37,404 nucleotides of DNA from Oscillospiraceae bacterium (GCA_041891555.1 JASDTK010000026.1:1-37404), one strand, 5' to 3'. Counted from the stretch's first letter, positions 26,787 through 35,278 are shown. The notes: a model not told the origin generated them from the sequence alone. Program-made: numbers and translations.

Positions 26787-27494
26787 TCACTCCTTGTCCA
26801 GGCCGGAATATCCGGCTCCGCAGGCGCTTCTGAATAGCTTTGAAATCAGGCTTATCGCAGACCAGGCCGCAAACCATATGATTATTAGGCCGAGTCCCGC
26901 GCAGACCAGCCCGCCGCCAAAGAGCAGCAGTGCGTCCGTAAGATATACAAGGCTCTTAAGTCCGGCTATCATCAGGTAGCACATCGCAACAAGCAGCCCC
27001 GCGCCTATTGCGGCTATAGCAAGGAAGAACGCCGCGATAAGAAGGCTTATCAGCGAGGCGCCCAGAATTGCAAAAACAAATTTTGCGCCTTTCGGTTTTG
27101 TCCTTTCAGCGGTATAGGGCGGCTCAGGCTCAGAGATAGAATCTTCCAAGGCTTCTTCCTCCGCTGCTTCAAAGGAGGCTTCTGCATTTTCGCTACTGAG
27201 CGTTTCCTCTGTTTCTGTCTCAACGCTGTACTCGGACACGGATTCATCAGACCTCTCTTCACAGGACGTTTCTTCTCCGAAGCTGATTTTCTCGCCGGAC
27301 TCCATGCGCCTTTTCAGGTCAATGGCGGTCATCATCGGCGTGCCAAACGTTGCCAGAAGAGCGGATTCAAGCTCAGGACCGGCGGCTTCGAATTTCTCAT
27401 TGTAGGCGGAGATAACTCTTGCCTTCTCTTCGGGAGAGAAAAACGTAAGGTATTGGTAGAGTTCCGCAAGGAACTGCTGTCTGTTCATCTTCAA
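26787..27494 (-). CDS. DUF1700 (HAAS) domain membrane protein, no adjacent PadR
   Basis: The N-terminus MNRQQFLAELYQYL..SPEEKARVISAYNEKFE...FGTPMMTAIDL is typical of DUF1700. An acidic linker and a C-terminal multi-TM region follow. Confidence 0.75.
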   Translation of the reverse strand: MKMNRQQFLAELYQYLTFFSPEEKARVISAYNEKFEAAGPELESALLATFGTPMMTAIDLKRRMESGEKISFGEETSCEERSDESVSEYSVETETEETLSSENAEASFEAAEEEALEDSISEPEPPYTAERTKPKGAKFVFAILGASLISLLIAAFFLAIAAIGAGLLVAMCYLMIAGLKSLVYLTDALLLFGGGLVCAGLGLIIIWFAAWSAISLISKLFRSACGAGYSGLDKE

Positions 27495-27537
27495 TCCCTC
27501 TTTGCAAAATTATATTTCGCGTTATTTTGCTCCGTAC

Positions 27538-27566
27538 ATTATATTCGTATTTATGTAAACCGTCAA
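27538..27566 (-). promoter_or_regulatory. Putative sigma-A promoter (TTGACG-N17-TATAAT) for the DUF1700 operon
   Basis: On the minus strand, -35 is at 27561-27566 and -10 at 27538-27543, about 40 nt upstream of the ATG. Confidence 0.6.
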
Positions 27567-27638
27567 GAGTTTTCAAACTTAATAAAACAAATATGGACCT
27601 TTTTGAGGGGGAAATGCGGGCCTGAGATATTAATTACA

Positions 27639-27667
27639 TTGCAAAAGGCGCCCACCGAAGGTATAAT
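27639..27667 (+). promoter_or_regulatory. Putative sigma-A promoter (TTGCAA-N17-TATAAT) facing capA
   Basis: -35 at 27639-27644 and -10 at 27662-27667. The -10 lies inside the left arm of the 15-bp palindrome. Confidence 0.55.
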
Positions 27668-27694
27668 AATTGCAATCGGTTATTATACCTTCGG
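27655..27694. repeat. 15-bp perfect inverted repeat with 10-nt spacer
   Basis: CCGAAGGTATAATAA (27655-27669), spacer TTGCAATCGG, then TTATTATACCTTCGG (27680-27694). Confidence 0.9.
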
Positions 27695-27770
27695 CAATTC
27701 TTAGAATAAAGGCTTACTGTACTAATCTCCGGCGCGCTATATAATACTTTATTTTTGCAGGTGCTCTTTT

Positions 27771-28892
27771 ATGAAAAAAGAACCAAGTAAAGCATTGATC
27801 GTTGTTTCGAGGCTCGTCGCGATTGCGGCAACAGTATCCCTGTGCCTGCTGCTTTCAACGACCTCAAGGCTTCCTCAAGTCGTTACCGCCGAAGCACAGG
27901 AGACACCGGCTACCACGCCTGCCGCTTCAACCGCACCGACGCCCGAGCCCACACCGCAGTATTTTGAGCTCAGCTTTGTCGGCGACTGTACACTTGCCAG
28001 CACGACCTATAACAAGAAGCTTGCAATTTCCTATGAGAACGTCGTCAAGGACAACTACGCCTACCCCTTTGAAAAGACAGTGCAGTATTTCAAGGACGAC
28101 GATTTCACCTTCGCGAACCTCGAATGCGCACTCACGGTTTCAACCTCTTCTGACGATAAAAATTTCTGTTTCAGAGCCGATCCCGCCTATGCGCAGATAC
28201 TTACAAACGGCAGTGTGGAGTTTGTGACGCTTGGAAACAACCATACCCTTGACTACGGCGAACAGGGCTATGACGATACCAAGGCGACGCTCGACTCAGC
28301 GGGCATATGCTACGCGGGACGCGACGAGGGAAAAATATACGAGACAAAATCGGGACTTAAAATCGGCGTGTACGCGCTGAGTTTTGGCAAAACGGAGCAA
28401 ATCAAAGCGGGTGTCGCGGCGCTCAAGGCGGCTGGTGCGGAGTTCGTGATAGCGGCTATCCACTGGGGCGACGAGGGGAGCTACGACGTAAACGGCCTGC
28501 AAAAAGAGCAGGGACACGCGGCCATCGATGCGGGCGCGGATATCGTCATCGGAAGCCATCCGCATACGCTGCAGCCGGTTGAGGAGTATAACGGGAAATA
28601 CATATATTACAGCATGGGCTACTGGTCCTTCGGCGGCAACACGGCTCCGCGCGACCCCGACACATTTATTCTAAAGCTCAAGGTCGAGCGTGACATCGAC
28701 GGAACGATAAGCGTTGCGGATCGCAAGTACATACCCTGTGCCTGTACGGGCGTCGTTGGAGGCAACAATTACCAGCCTGTGCCCTATGAGGAGGGCAGCG
28801 AACAGTATACCCGCACGCTCTCAAAGCTCGACGGCAGTTTTGACGGTCCGAACCTGACGATAGGGTACCAGTACAATTTTAGCGAATATTGA
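27771..28892 (+). CDS. CapA-family (PGA_cap, metallophosphatase-like) protein
   Basis: N-terminal TM anchor and a T/P-rich linker, then FVGDCTL, FANLECAL, LGNNHTLDYG, IHWGDEG and GSHPHTLQP. Confidence 0.85.
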   Translation: MKKEPSKALIVVSRLVAIAATVSLCLLLSTTSRLPQVVTAEAQETPATTPAASTAPTPEPTPQYFELSFVGDCTLASTTYNKKLAISYENVVKDNYAYPFEKTVQYFKDDDFTFANLECALTVSTSSDDKNFCFRADPAYAQILTNGSVEFVTLGNNHTLDYGEQGYDDTKATLDSAGICYAGRDEGKIYETKSGLKIGVYALSFGKTEQIKAGVAALKAAGAEFVIAAIHWGDEGSYDVNGLQKEQGHAAIDAGADIVIGSHPHTLQPVEEYNGKYIYYSMGYWSFGGNTAPRDPDTFILKLKVERDIDGTISVADRKYIPCACTGVVGGNNYQPVPYEEGSEQYTRTLSKLDGSFDGPNLTIGYQYNFSEY

Positions 28893-28923
28893 GTCAGGAC
28901 AGACTATATGGACACTTTTCAAT

Positions 28924-28963
28924 AAAAATCGCTTCCCCCCGTTGGCGGGGAAGCGATTTTTTT
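28924..28963. terminator. Bidirectional intrinsic terminator (capA / ABC ATPase convergent)
   Basis: ATCGCTTCCCC-loop-GGGGAAGCGAT (28928-28957) is flanked by AAAAA upstream and TTTTTTT downstream. Confidence 0.85.
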
Positions 28964-29765
28964 AATTTCCGCATTCCACGGAGATTTCGTTGAAGATTTT
29001 TAGCAGCTGGTCGACTGTGCAGGCGTCTTTTTCATGGTATGAAACATCCTTTACAACCGTGCCCTTGTGCATCATAACAAGTCTGTCGCCGTACTCAACT
29101 GAGTAGCGCAGATTATGCGTAACCATGATGGCGGTAAGCTTTTTTTCTCGCACGAATTTATCCGTGAGATCCATGACGCTCTCCGAGGATTTGGGGTCAA
29201 GCGCCGCTGTGTGCTCGTCGAGGATGAGAAGCTCAATGGGCGTGAGAGTTGAAATCAGGAGCGCAAGCGCCTGCCGCTGTCCGCCGGAAAGAAGTCCGAC
29301 GGGCATATTTATCTTGTCCTCAAGGCCGAGGTGAAGCAGCTCAAGCTGTCCCTTATAATAGTCAATACGCTTTTTTGAAACGCCGCGAGTGAGGTTATAG
29401 CTTTTGCCCTTGTTGTCCGCAAGTGCCATGTTTTCGAGTATCGTAAGACTCGGACAGGCACCCATAGAGGGGTCCTGAAACACGCGCCCGATATGCGCCG
29501 AACGCTTATATTCGGGCATTTTGGTAATGTCGCGCCCGTCAAGGAGTATAGTACCGCCGTCCGGCATAAGACTGCCGCAGATGAGGTTTAGAAGCGTTGT
29601 CTTTCCGCTGCCGTTTGAGCCGACAACCGAGATGAACTGTCCCTTGTAAGCCGAAAAATTAAAGTCCTCAAAAAGCACGGCTTCGTTGACGGAGCCTTGG
29701 TTGAATGTCTTTTTAATGTGCCGAAACTCGACAAGCGGGCGGATTTCTTCAGGCATGAGCCTCAC
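28962..29765 (-). CDS. ABC transporter ATP-binding protein
   Basis: Walker A GSNGSGKTT, signature LSGGQRQ and Walker B LLILDEH. Confidence 0.92.
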   Translation of the reverse strand: MRLMPEEIRPLVEFRHIKKTFNQGSVNEAVLFEDFNFSAYKGQFISVVGSNGSGKTTLLNLICGSLMPDGGTILLDGRDITKMPEYKRSAHIGRVFQDPSMGACPSLTILENMALADNKGKSYNLTRGVSKKRIDYYKGQLELLHLGLEDKINMPVGLLSGGQRQALALLISTLTPIELLILDEHTAALDPKSSESVMDLTDKFVREKKLTAIMVTHNLRYSVEYGDRLVMMHKGTVVKDVSYHEKDACTVDQLLKIFNEISVECGN

Positions 29766-30639
29766 CGCCTTTCCTGCCGATTTTCTGCGAAACGATGGAG
29801 ATTGTCAGAAGCACCGCCATAAGGAGCTTGAGATAGGTGGAGGGCAGCCCGAGCAGCAGCGCGAGCTGTAAGCAGGCCTTGTAGAGTATGGCGCCCAATA
29901 TTGCCATTGTCGTGAGCTTCAAAAAGCTGACACGGCGGAAAACGCCTGTTCCGATAATGACAGCCGCGAGAGCCATAACGACCATGCCCTTACCGGCGTT
30001 GACATCCGCGTTCTCGTTCAGCTGGGCAAGAACGCAGCCCGCGAGAGCCGTGCAGCCGTTGCCGATTGCAAGCCCTAGAATTTTCACATGACCGGGATTG
30101 TGAGCGAGGCCGGTTACAAAGCGGCTGTTGTCTCCGCCCGCGCGGAGCAGAAGACCGGACTTCGTTTTGAGAAAATAATCCAGAGCGAGCTTCACTATAA
30201 CGGCAAGCAGGAAAACAAGGATTAGCTGGCGGTGCGCGGAAAGCGCGGGGGGCAGAGCCTTGGCAATACCGGAATTGAAAATTGTCGGGAGATTGAAAAA
30301 TTGAAAAATCGCCGTACCGCCCGTGATGATGAGGTTTACGGACCACGAGGCGGTCATAACCAGAATTCCGGAAAGCAGGTCGGTTATACCGAGCTTGACA
30401 TGGAGTATGCCGGTGATGCTGCCCATACACGCGCCCGCGAGGAACGCGGCAACGCAAGCGAGCCAAGGATTAACGCCGGCGGTGATGAGCACTGCGGCAA
30501 CGCAGGCTCCGAGAGGGAAGGTGCCGTCCACCGAGAGGTCCGGAAAGTCCAGTATTTTGTATGTTATGAGGACACCCATTGCCATGAGCGCATATATAAA
30601 GCCCTCACGGAAAACGGTTTCTATCAGACCTAAAGCCAT
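29749..30639 (-). CDS. ABC transporter permease
   Basis: A polytopic membrane protein that overlaps the ATPase start by 17 nt. Confidence 0.85.
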   Translation of the reverse strand: MALGLIETVFREGFIYALMAMGVLITYKILDFPDLSVDGTFPLGACVAAVLITAGVNPWLACVAAFLAGACMGSITGILHVKLGITDLLSGILVMTASWSVNLIITGGTAIFQFFNLPTIFNSGIAKALPPALSAHRQLILVFLLAVIVKLALDYFLKTKSGLLLRAGGDNSRFVTGLAHNPGHVKILGLAIGNGCTALAGCVLAQLNENADVNAGKGMVVMALAAVIIGTGVFRRVSFLKLTTMAILGAILYKACLQLALLLGLPSTYLKLLMAVLLTISIVSQKIGRKGGEAHA

Positions 30640-30673
30640 TTAATAACCACCTGCTTTTATCTCTGAATTGATG

Positions 30674-31711
30674 TTATTGTGCGTCAACATTAGTCGCCGA
30701 AGAATAATCCGTCGGGAGAGAAAGCTTGAACTTTGCCATGTTTACGAGAGAGTAGACGGGCTTTGAATCTGTTATGACGGAAACAGGCATGGTTTTAACA
30801 TCTGCGCCCTTGAGTATTTTACCCGCCATTTCACCGGTTGTCACTCCCAGAGCGATATAGTCGAGAGTTTCGGAAGCCACGCAGCCGTACTTGGCAACCT
30901 GCTGCTGCTCGGAGCCGAATATCGGTATTCCCGCCGCGTCAGCGGCATTCGTCACGACGGAGAGATTGTTTACGACGTTGTTGTCGGTGAGGTTGTTTAT
31001 GCAGTCAACGCCCTGCGCAATCAGGGAAGCCGCGCCTGCCGCGACCTCGGAAGCGTCGGTCACGCCGACGGAGACAATTTCAAAGCCGTAATCAGGAGCA
31101 AGCTCTGTAAGCTTCTTGAGCTGGGAGACTGAGTTTGCTTCGCTGGTTGTGTAGAGAACTCCGATTTTTTTCGCGTCCGGCATAAAAGCGCGTATCATCT
31201 TTAGCTGAGCGTCAAAATTCAGGCTGTCGCTCGTGCCGGTTGCGCCGGTGTTCGGAGCCTCAAGAGATTCGGCGAGTCCCGCCGCTACAGGGTCGGAGCA
31301 GGCGGAGAATACAACAGGGATACCTGCGTCCTTCGCGGCGGCATAGCAGGTGGTGGCGGCTGGGGTGGCGATTGCGATGATGATGTCATAGCCCTTCGTC
31401 ACAAAATTTGATGCAGTTAGAGTGTTCGTCTCAGTTTCGCCCTGACCGTCCACATATTCGATGGAGCAGGTTTTGCCGTTTTCATAGCCCTCGTTTTTGA
31501 GGCCTTCAAGGATGCCGGTGTAGCAGTCGTACAGACTCGCGTGAGTCGCGTACTGAAGAATGCCGATTTTGACGTCGGAAGCGGCGGGGGACGCGTCACC
31601 GGAAGCGGAGGGAGACGTCGATGCCGAGGGTGCGCTCTTGGCGCAGGCGCCAAGGCTCAGGACAAGAACCAATGAAAGTATTGCTGCTGCGATTTTCTTT
31701 GACTTTTTCAT
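30674..31711 (-). CDS. ABC transporter substrate-binding lipoprotein (ABC_sub_bind / COG2984-like)
   Basis: GGAGG lies before ATG 31709-31711. Signal peptide with lipobox LSLGAC. KIGILQYATHASL is typical of this SBP family. The ORF-track start at 31774 falls inside the T-box leader. Confidence 0.85.
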   Translation of the reverse strand: MKKSKKIAAAILSLVLVLSLGACAKSAPSASTSPSASGDASPAASDVKIGILQYATHASLYDCYTGILEGLKNEGYENGKTCSIEYVDGQGETETNTLTASNFVTKGYDIIIAIATPAATTCYAAAKDAGIPVVFSACSDPVAAGLAESLEAPNTGATGTSDSLNFDAQLKMIRAFMPDAKKIGVLYTTSEANSVSQLKKLTELAPDYGFEIVSVGVTDASEVAAGAASLIAQGVDCINNLTDNNVVNNLSVVTNAADAAGIPIFGSEQQQVAKYGCVASETLDYIALGVTTGEMAGKILKGADVKTMPVSVITDSKPVYSLVNMAKFKLSLPTDYSSATNVDAQ

Positions 31712-31801
31712 GATATTTCCTCCAAAAATGATTTTCGGGCGTGATGGACGGTCCTGCCAATGACCGATTATCAAAGCCTGCTATCCTTTTGCGGGACAAA
31801 C

Positions 31802-32076
31802 AAAAAAGCTCCTGCCCCGCAAGGGACAAGAGCTAAACTCCTGCGATACCACCCAAATTGACGAAAATTTCGCCCACTCGCTTCACGCACCACCATGCGT
31901 GTCCCCAACTGATAACGGGAGGGATACCCGTCGAAGCCTACTAAAGCTTTGAGCTTTTTCGGTTCGCCCTCAGAAGTCCATTCGCCGACACACCAAACGC
32001 CTCTTTTACACCGCAAGAAGCTCTCTTTGGATTGGTTTGCGTCGGTTACTACTCTTCGTCTATGGTTTTGGTTTAT
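31802..32076 (-). promoter_or_regulatory. T-box riboswitch leader, tryptophan specifier (UGG)
   Basis: Elements read on the minus strand: AGUAGUA and GAA-UGG-A specifier loop (UGG at 31978-31980); AGAGA bulge (32022-32026); distal GGUG; F-box CCGUUA (31913-31918); T-box AAUUUGGGUGGUAUCGC (31843-31859); and a 12-bp terminator stem AGCUCUUGUCCC/GGGGCAGGAGCU plus U6 (31802-31834). Confidence 0.9.
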
Positions 32077-32082
32077 GAAGTG

Positions 32083-32112
32083 ATTATAAGCACGCAGTTT
32101 TTCGATTGTCAA
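32083..32112 (-). promoter_or_regulatory. Putative sigma-A promoter of the T-box leader (TTGACA-N18-TATAAT)
   Basis: On the minus strand, -35 is at 32107-32112 and -10 at 32083-32088. Confidence 0.65.
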
Positions 32113-32189
32113 GAATTTTTATATTTTTCGGAAAAACTTACAATCAACCGACGGTTTCAGATGGAAAAGTATAAACGCATTCACAAGCT

Positions 32190-34034
32190 CTATGCGAGTT
32201 TGTATTTTGCAAGCCAGTAGTTCACCTGCAGCATATACGCCATGAGCTGAGGCCCCGCCATAAGCTGTCCGAACCACGGCTTTCCGTATTCTGAGGGAGC
32301 CTTGGTAAATTCAAGTACCTTGTTCTTATCAACTATGGCGGAAAGCGGTGCGGCGGGATCGAAAACGATGCCGAGGAGTTTTTGTGAGAGCAGACGCTCG
32401 TAATTCGGATTGTAGGTTTTCGGATAGGGGCTCTTCTTGCGGTACAGTATTTTTTCGGGCAGAAGGTCGCGGCAGGCGTCCCGCAGGAGGGATTTTTCCC
32501 GGCCTTCCCTGTATTTCATATCCCACGGAACATTGAAAAGATACTCGACTATGCGGTGATCAGCAAAGGGCACACGCGCTTCGAGCCCCGAATACATGCT
32601 CGTCCTGTCCATACGGTCTAAGAGCGTCTGCATGAACCACTTTATGTTGAGATAGGCGATTTCGCGGCGCCTGCGCTCCTCCTCGTTTTCGCCGTAAAGG
32701 GGAGGCACAGCCTTTATCGACTCTTCATACCGTGCGCGGACGTATTCGGGCAGTTCAAGCTTTTTTTTGAAGCTGTCGTTAAGCAGCGAGGTTCTTGTGT
32801 CAAGGTCGCGGGACCACGGAAAGCCGTCTGTGTTTATCAGTTCCTCTCTGTAAAACCACGGATAACCGCCGAAAATCTCGTCCGCGCACTCGCCTGTCAG
32901 CACGACCTTGTTTTGCTTTTTCACGAGACGGCAGAAGTAGAGCAGGGAAGCGTCCACGTCCGCCATCCCGGGCATATCCTTCGCGTCAACTGCGGTTTTG
33001 AGAAGAGATATAAGCTCGGCCTCGTCGCACTCGAGATAGCTGTGGTTCGTTTTATAATTTGCGAGCATTTCGTCGACATAGGGCCTGTCGCGCTCCGGCT
33101 GAAAGGAGTTCGATTTAAAATAAAGGTCATTTTGCCTGAAATCAAAGGAAAAGGTGTTGAGAGCGGAGCCGTTTTCGGAGAGCATTTTGGAAGCGACGGC
33201 GGTTACAATGCTGGAATCGAGCCCGCCGGAAAGGAAGCTGCACACGGGAACGTCCGACACCATCTGCCGCGTAATCGCGTCCCGGACGAGAAAAGACACC
33301 GTTTCAACAGTTTCCGCATAGCTGTCTGTGTGCTCGCGGCTTTTAAGTTCCCAATAGCGTACTTCCGAGAAGTTGTCTCTGCCGAAAACAATGTAGTGTG
33401 CGGGCTTCAGCTCATAAACGTTTTTGAATACGCCGTTTCCGGCTGTACGAGCGGGTCCGATACCGAAAATTTCCCGGAAGCTGTCGATATCGACCGAAGG
33501 CACGACATAGGGATGGCGGAAAAGCGCCTTTGGCTCCGAGCCGAAAACCAGCATGTCATTTTTAAGCGTATAGAAAAGAGGCTTGATGCCGAACCTGTCA
33601 CGGCAGAGGATAAGCCGCTCGAAGGTTTCGTCCCATATAGCGAAGGCGTAAATGCCGTTGAGCATTTCGAAAGATTCAACGCCCCAGTGCATGTAGGCAT
33701 AGAGTATGACCTCCGTGTCCGTCGTCGTTTCGAAAACATAGCCGGCTTCTTCAAGCTCGCGTTTAAGCTCATCCGTATTGTAAATTTCACCATTATAGAT
33801 TATCACGTATCTGCCGCCGCTGTGCTCTCTTATAATCGGCTGAGCGCCGTTTGAGAGGTCTCTTATTGAAAGCCTTGTGTGGCTGAAGCCCAGATGCGGT
33901 GTCAGGTATTCGCCAGTGTTATCGCTGCCGCGATGCGCAATCGAAACGCGCATATCGATGAGCACCTTCGCCCAGTATTTATAGTTATCGGTGAAGTTTT
34001 GACGAAAGCCGCAGAAACCAGCTATTCCGCACAT
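32190..34034 (-). CDS. asnB: Asparagine synthase (glutamine-hydrolysing)
   Basis: N-terminal nucleophile MCGIAGF and PP-loop SFLSGGLDSS. Length 614 aa. Confidence 0.92.
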   Translation of the reverse strand: MCGIAGFCGFRQNFTDNYKYWAKVLIDMRVSIAHRGSDNTGEYLTPHLGFSHTRLSIRDLSNGAQPIIREHSGGRYVIIYNGEIYNTDELKRELEEAGYVFETTTDTEVILYAYMHWGVESFEMLNGIYAFAIWDETFERLILCRDRFGIKPLFYTLKNDMLVFGSEPKALFRHPYVVPSVDIDSFREIFGIGPARTAGNGVFKNVYELKPAHYIVFGRDNFSEVRYWELKSREHTDSYAETVETVSFLVRDAITRQMVSDVPVCSFLSGGLDSSIVTAVASKMLSENGSALNTFSFDFRQNDLYFKSNSFQPERDRPYVDEMLANYKTNHSYLECDEAELISLLKTAVDAKDMPGMADVDASLLYFCRLVKKQNKVVLTGECADEIFGGYPWFYREELINTDGFPWSRDLDTRTSLLNDSFKKKLELPEYVRARYEESIKAVPPLYGENEEERRRREIAYLNIKWFMQTLLDRMDRTSMYSGLEARVPFADHRIVEYLFNVPWDMKYREGREKSLLRDACRDLLPEKILYRKKSPYPKTYNPNYERLLSQKLLGIVFDPAAPLSAIVDKNKVLEFTKAPSEYGKPWFGQLMAGPQLMAYMLQVNYWLAKYKLA

Positions 34035-34061
34035 AGATATTCTCCTCGCTCACAGTGAAAT

Positions 34062-34105
34062 AGGGCTGCCGGCAAGCCGCTGTTTTCTTGCCCGGCCAAC
34101 CCTGC
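34062..34105 (-). promoter_or_regulatory. Strong imperfect hairpin in the asnB leader
   Basis: The minus strand reads GGGUUGGCCGGGCAAG-AAAACAGCGG-CUUGCCGGCAGCCC (about 14 bp, two bulges) followed by UAUUU. It ends about 27 nt before the start codon. Confidence 0.4.
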
Positions 34106-34181
34106 CGTTCTTATGTATTCTATGCGTTTCAGGTAAAAATGATTACTTGAGGCATAACTCAAAGATTTTTTGTTTCTGCTC

Positions 34182-34209
34182 TTGACAAAATTAAAAACTA
34201 GTATATAAT
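34182..34209 (+). promoter_or_regulatory. Putative sigma-A promoter of padR (TTGACA-N16-TATAAT)
   Basis: -35 at 34182-34187 and -10 at 34204-34209. Confidence 0.65.
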
Positions 34210-34212
34210 GTG

Positions 34213-34237
34213 CAATAGTAGATAAACGATACTATTG
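34213..34237. promoter_or_regulatory. 8-bp perfect inverted repeat, candidate PadR operator
   Basis: CAATAGTA-N9-TACTATTG starts 4 nt after the -10 box and covers the predicted transcript start. Confidence 0.5.
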
Positions 34238-34263
34238 GAATACTCATCCGAAGGAGGGCCTTA

Positions 34264-34590
34264 GTGAACACTCAATATAAAAAGGGCGTGCTTGAGCTCT
34301 GCGTTCTCGCCATGCTCAAGAGAGAAGACAAATATGGCTATGAGATAGCGGAAACGTTGGCAAAGCATATCGATATCGCGGACGGCACCGTCTATCCGAT
34401 ACTGCGAAAGCTGAAAAGCGACGGATTTGTAACCACTTATCTTTCGGAGGAGAGCGGCGGGCCTCCGAGAAAATACTATTCGCTGACGGAGCTGGGGCAA
34501 AGCACATATGAAGCAGACAGGGCAGACTATCTGGAATTTGCAAAGACTGTTGAAATGCTATTAAAGGAGAATAAAGATGACAAAGAATGA
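34264..34590 (+). CDS. PadR family transcriptional regulator
   Basis: GTG start after AAGGAGGG. Winged-helix signature LLKREDKYGYEIAETL...GTVYPILRKLKSDGFV. Confidence 0.9.
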   Translation: MNTQYKKGVLELCVLAMLKREDKYGYEIAETLAKHIDIADGTVYPILRKLKSDGFVTTYLSEESGGPPRKYYSLTELGQSTYEADRADYLEFAKTVEMLLKENKDDKE

Positions 34591-35278
34591 ATATCTCGAC
34601 AAGCTTAAATCAGAACTTAAAAAAAATAACGTCGCCGATATGGGCGACATAGTTTCCGAATATGAACAGCACTTCGCCTTCAAGCTGGCTGACGGCTATG
34701 GGGAGGAGGAGATTGCCGCAAAGCTCGGTGCGCCGGAGACTGTTGCCGCGCAGTTTGACAGCGCGAGTGAAGCCGGAAAAACCGGTGCCGGCGCGTTCGT
34801 GAAAATCGGACTGTTTTTTACAGCAATCTTCGAAGCCATGCTTTACATCGTGTTTTTGGCCTGGAACATCGCGCTCGGCGTTTCCGCTGTGGCTGTCGCA
34901 GTGCTGGGTGTCTGCCTTGCCACAGGTATCAACATTATGGGCCTCATCCCGTATATGCCCTATACCGGCTCGCTTCTGATGGGACTGTGTGTTCTGGGAC
35001 TCGCGTCGATTTTCGGAGTCGCAACCGTATATTGCTTCGCGTTTTTGAAGCAGATGATAAAAGCAAGCGCCAGATGGCACAAAAACATGACTGGGAATAC
35101 GGCGCTGCCTCCGCTTTCGTGGAGCCCGCAATTTACACCTAAAGCGAAAAGGACGCTCCGCAATGTTCTGCTATGGTCGGTCATTATTTTCGGAGTGCTT
35201 TTCGTAGTCGCATTCATAGTTTTGGTGCTCCAGGCAGGGACAATGGGCTTTTGGCATCACTGGAACTGGTTCGTGTGA
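34577..35278 (+). CDS. DUF1700 (HAAS) domain membrane protein, PadR partner
   Basis: N-terminus MTKNEYLDKLKSELK...IVSEYEQHFAFKL..EEIAAKLGAPETVAAQF, followed by four or more TM segments. It overlaps the padR end by 14 nt. Confidence 0.8.
   Translation: MTKNEYLDKLKSELKKNNVADMGDIVSEYEQHFAFKLADGYGEEEIAAKLGAPETVAAQFDSASEAGKTGAGAFVKIGLFFTAIFEAMLYIVFLAWNIALGVSAVAVAVLGVCLATGINIMGLIPYMPYTGSLLMGLCVLGLASIFGVATVYCFAFLKQMIKASARWHKNMTGNTALPPLSWSPQFTPKAKRTLRNVLLWSVIIFGVLFVVAFIVLVLQAGTMGFWHHWNWFV

Noticed and set aside
31771-32112. 113-aa ORF upstream of the ABC transporter
   Set aside because: The region is fully explained as a T-box leader RNA with promoter, specifier loop, F-box, T-box and terminator. 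The ORF is incidental.
32913-33854. 313-aa ORF antisense to asnB
   Set aside because: Same reasoning: asnB on the minus strand has the MCGIAGF and SGGLDSS motifs, and the plus-strand frame is featureless.
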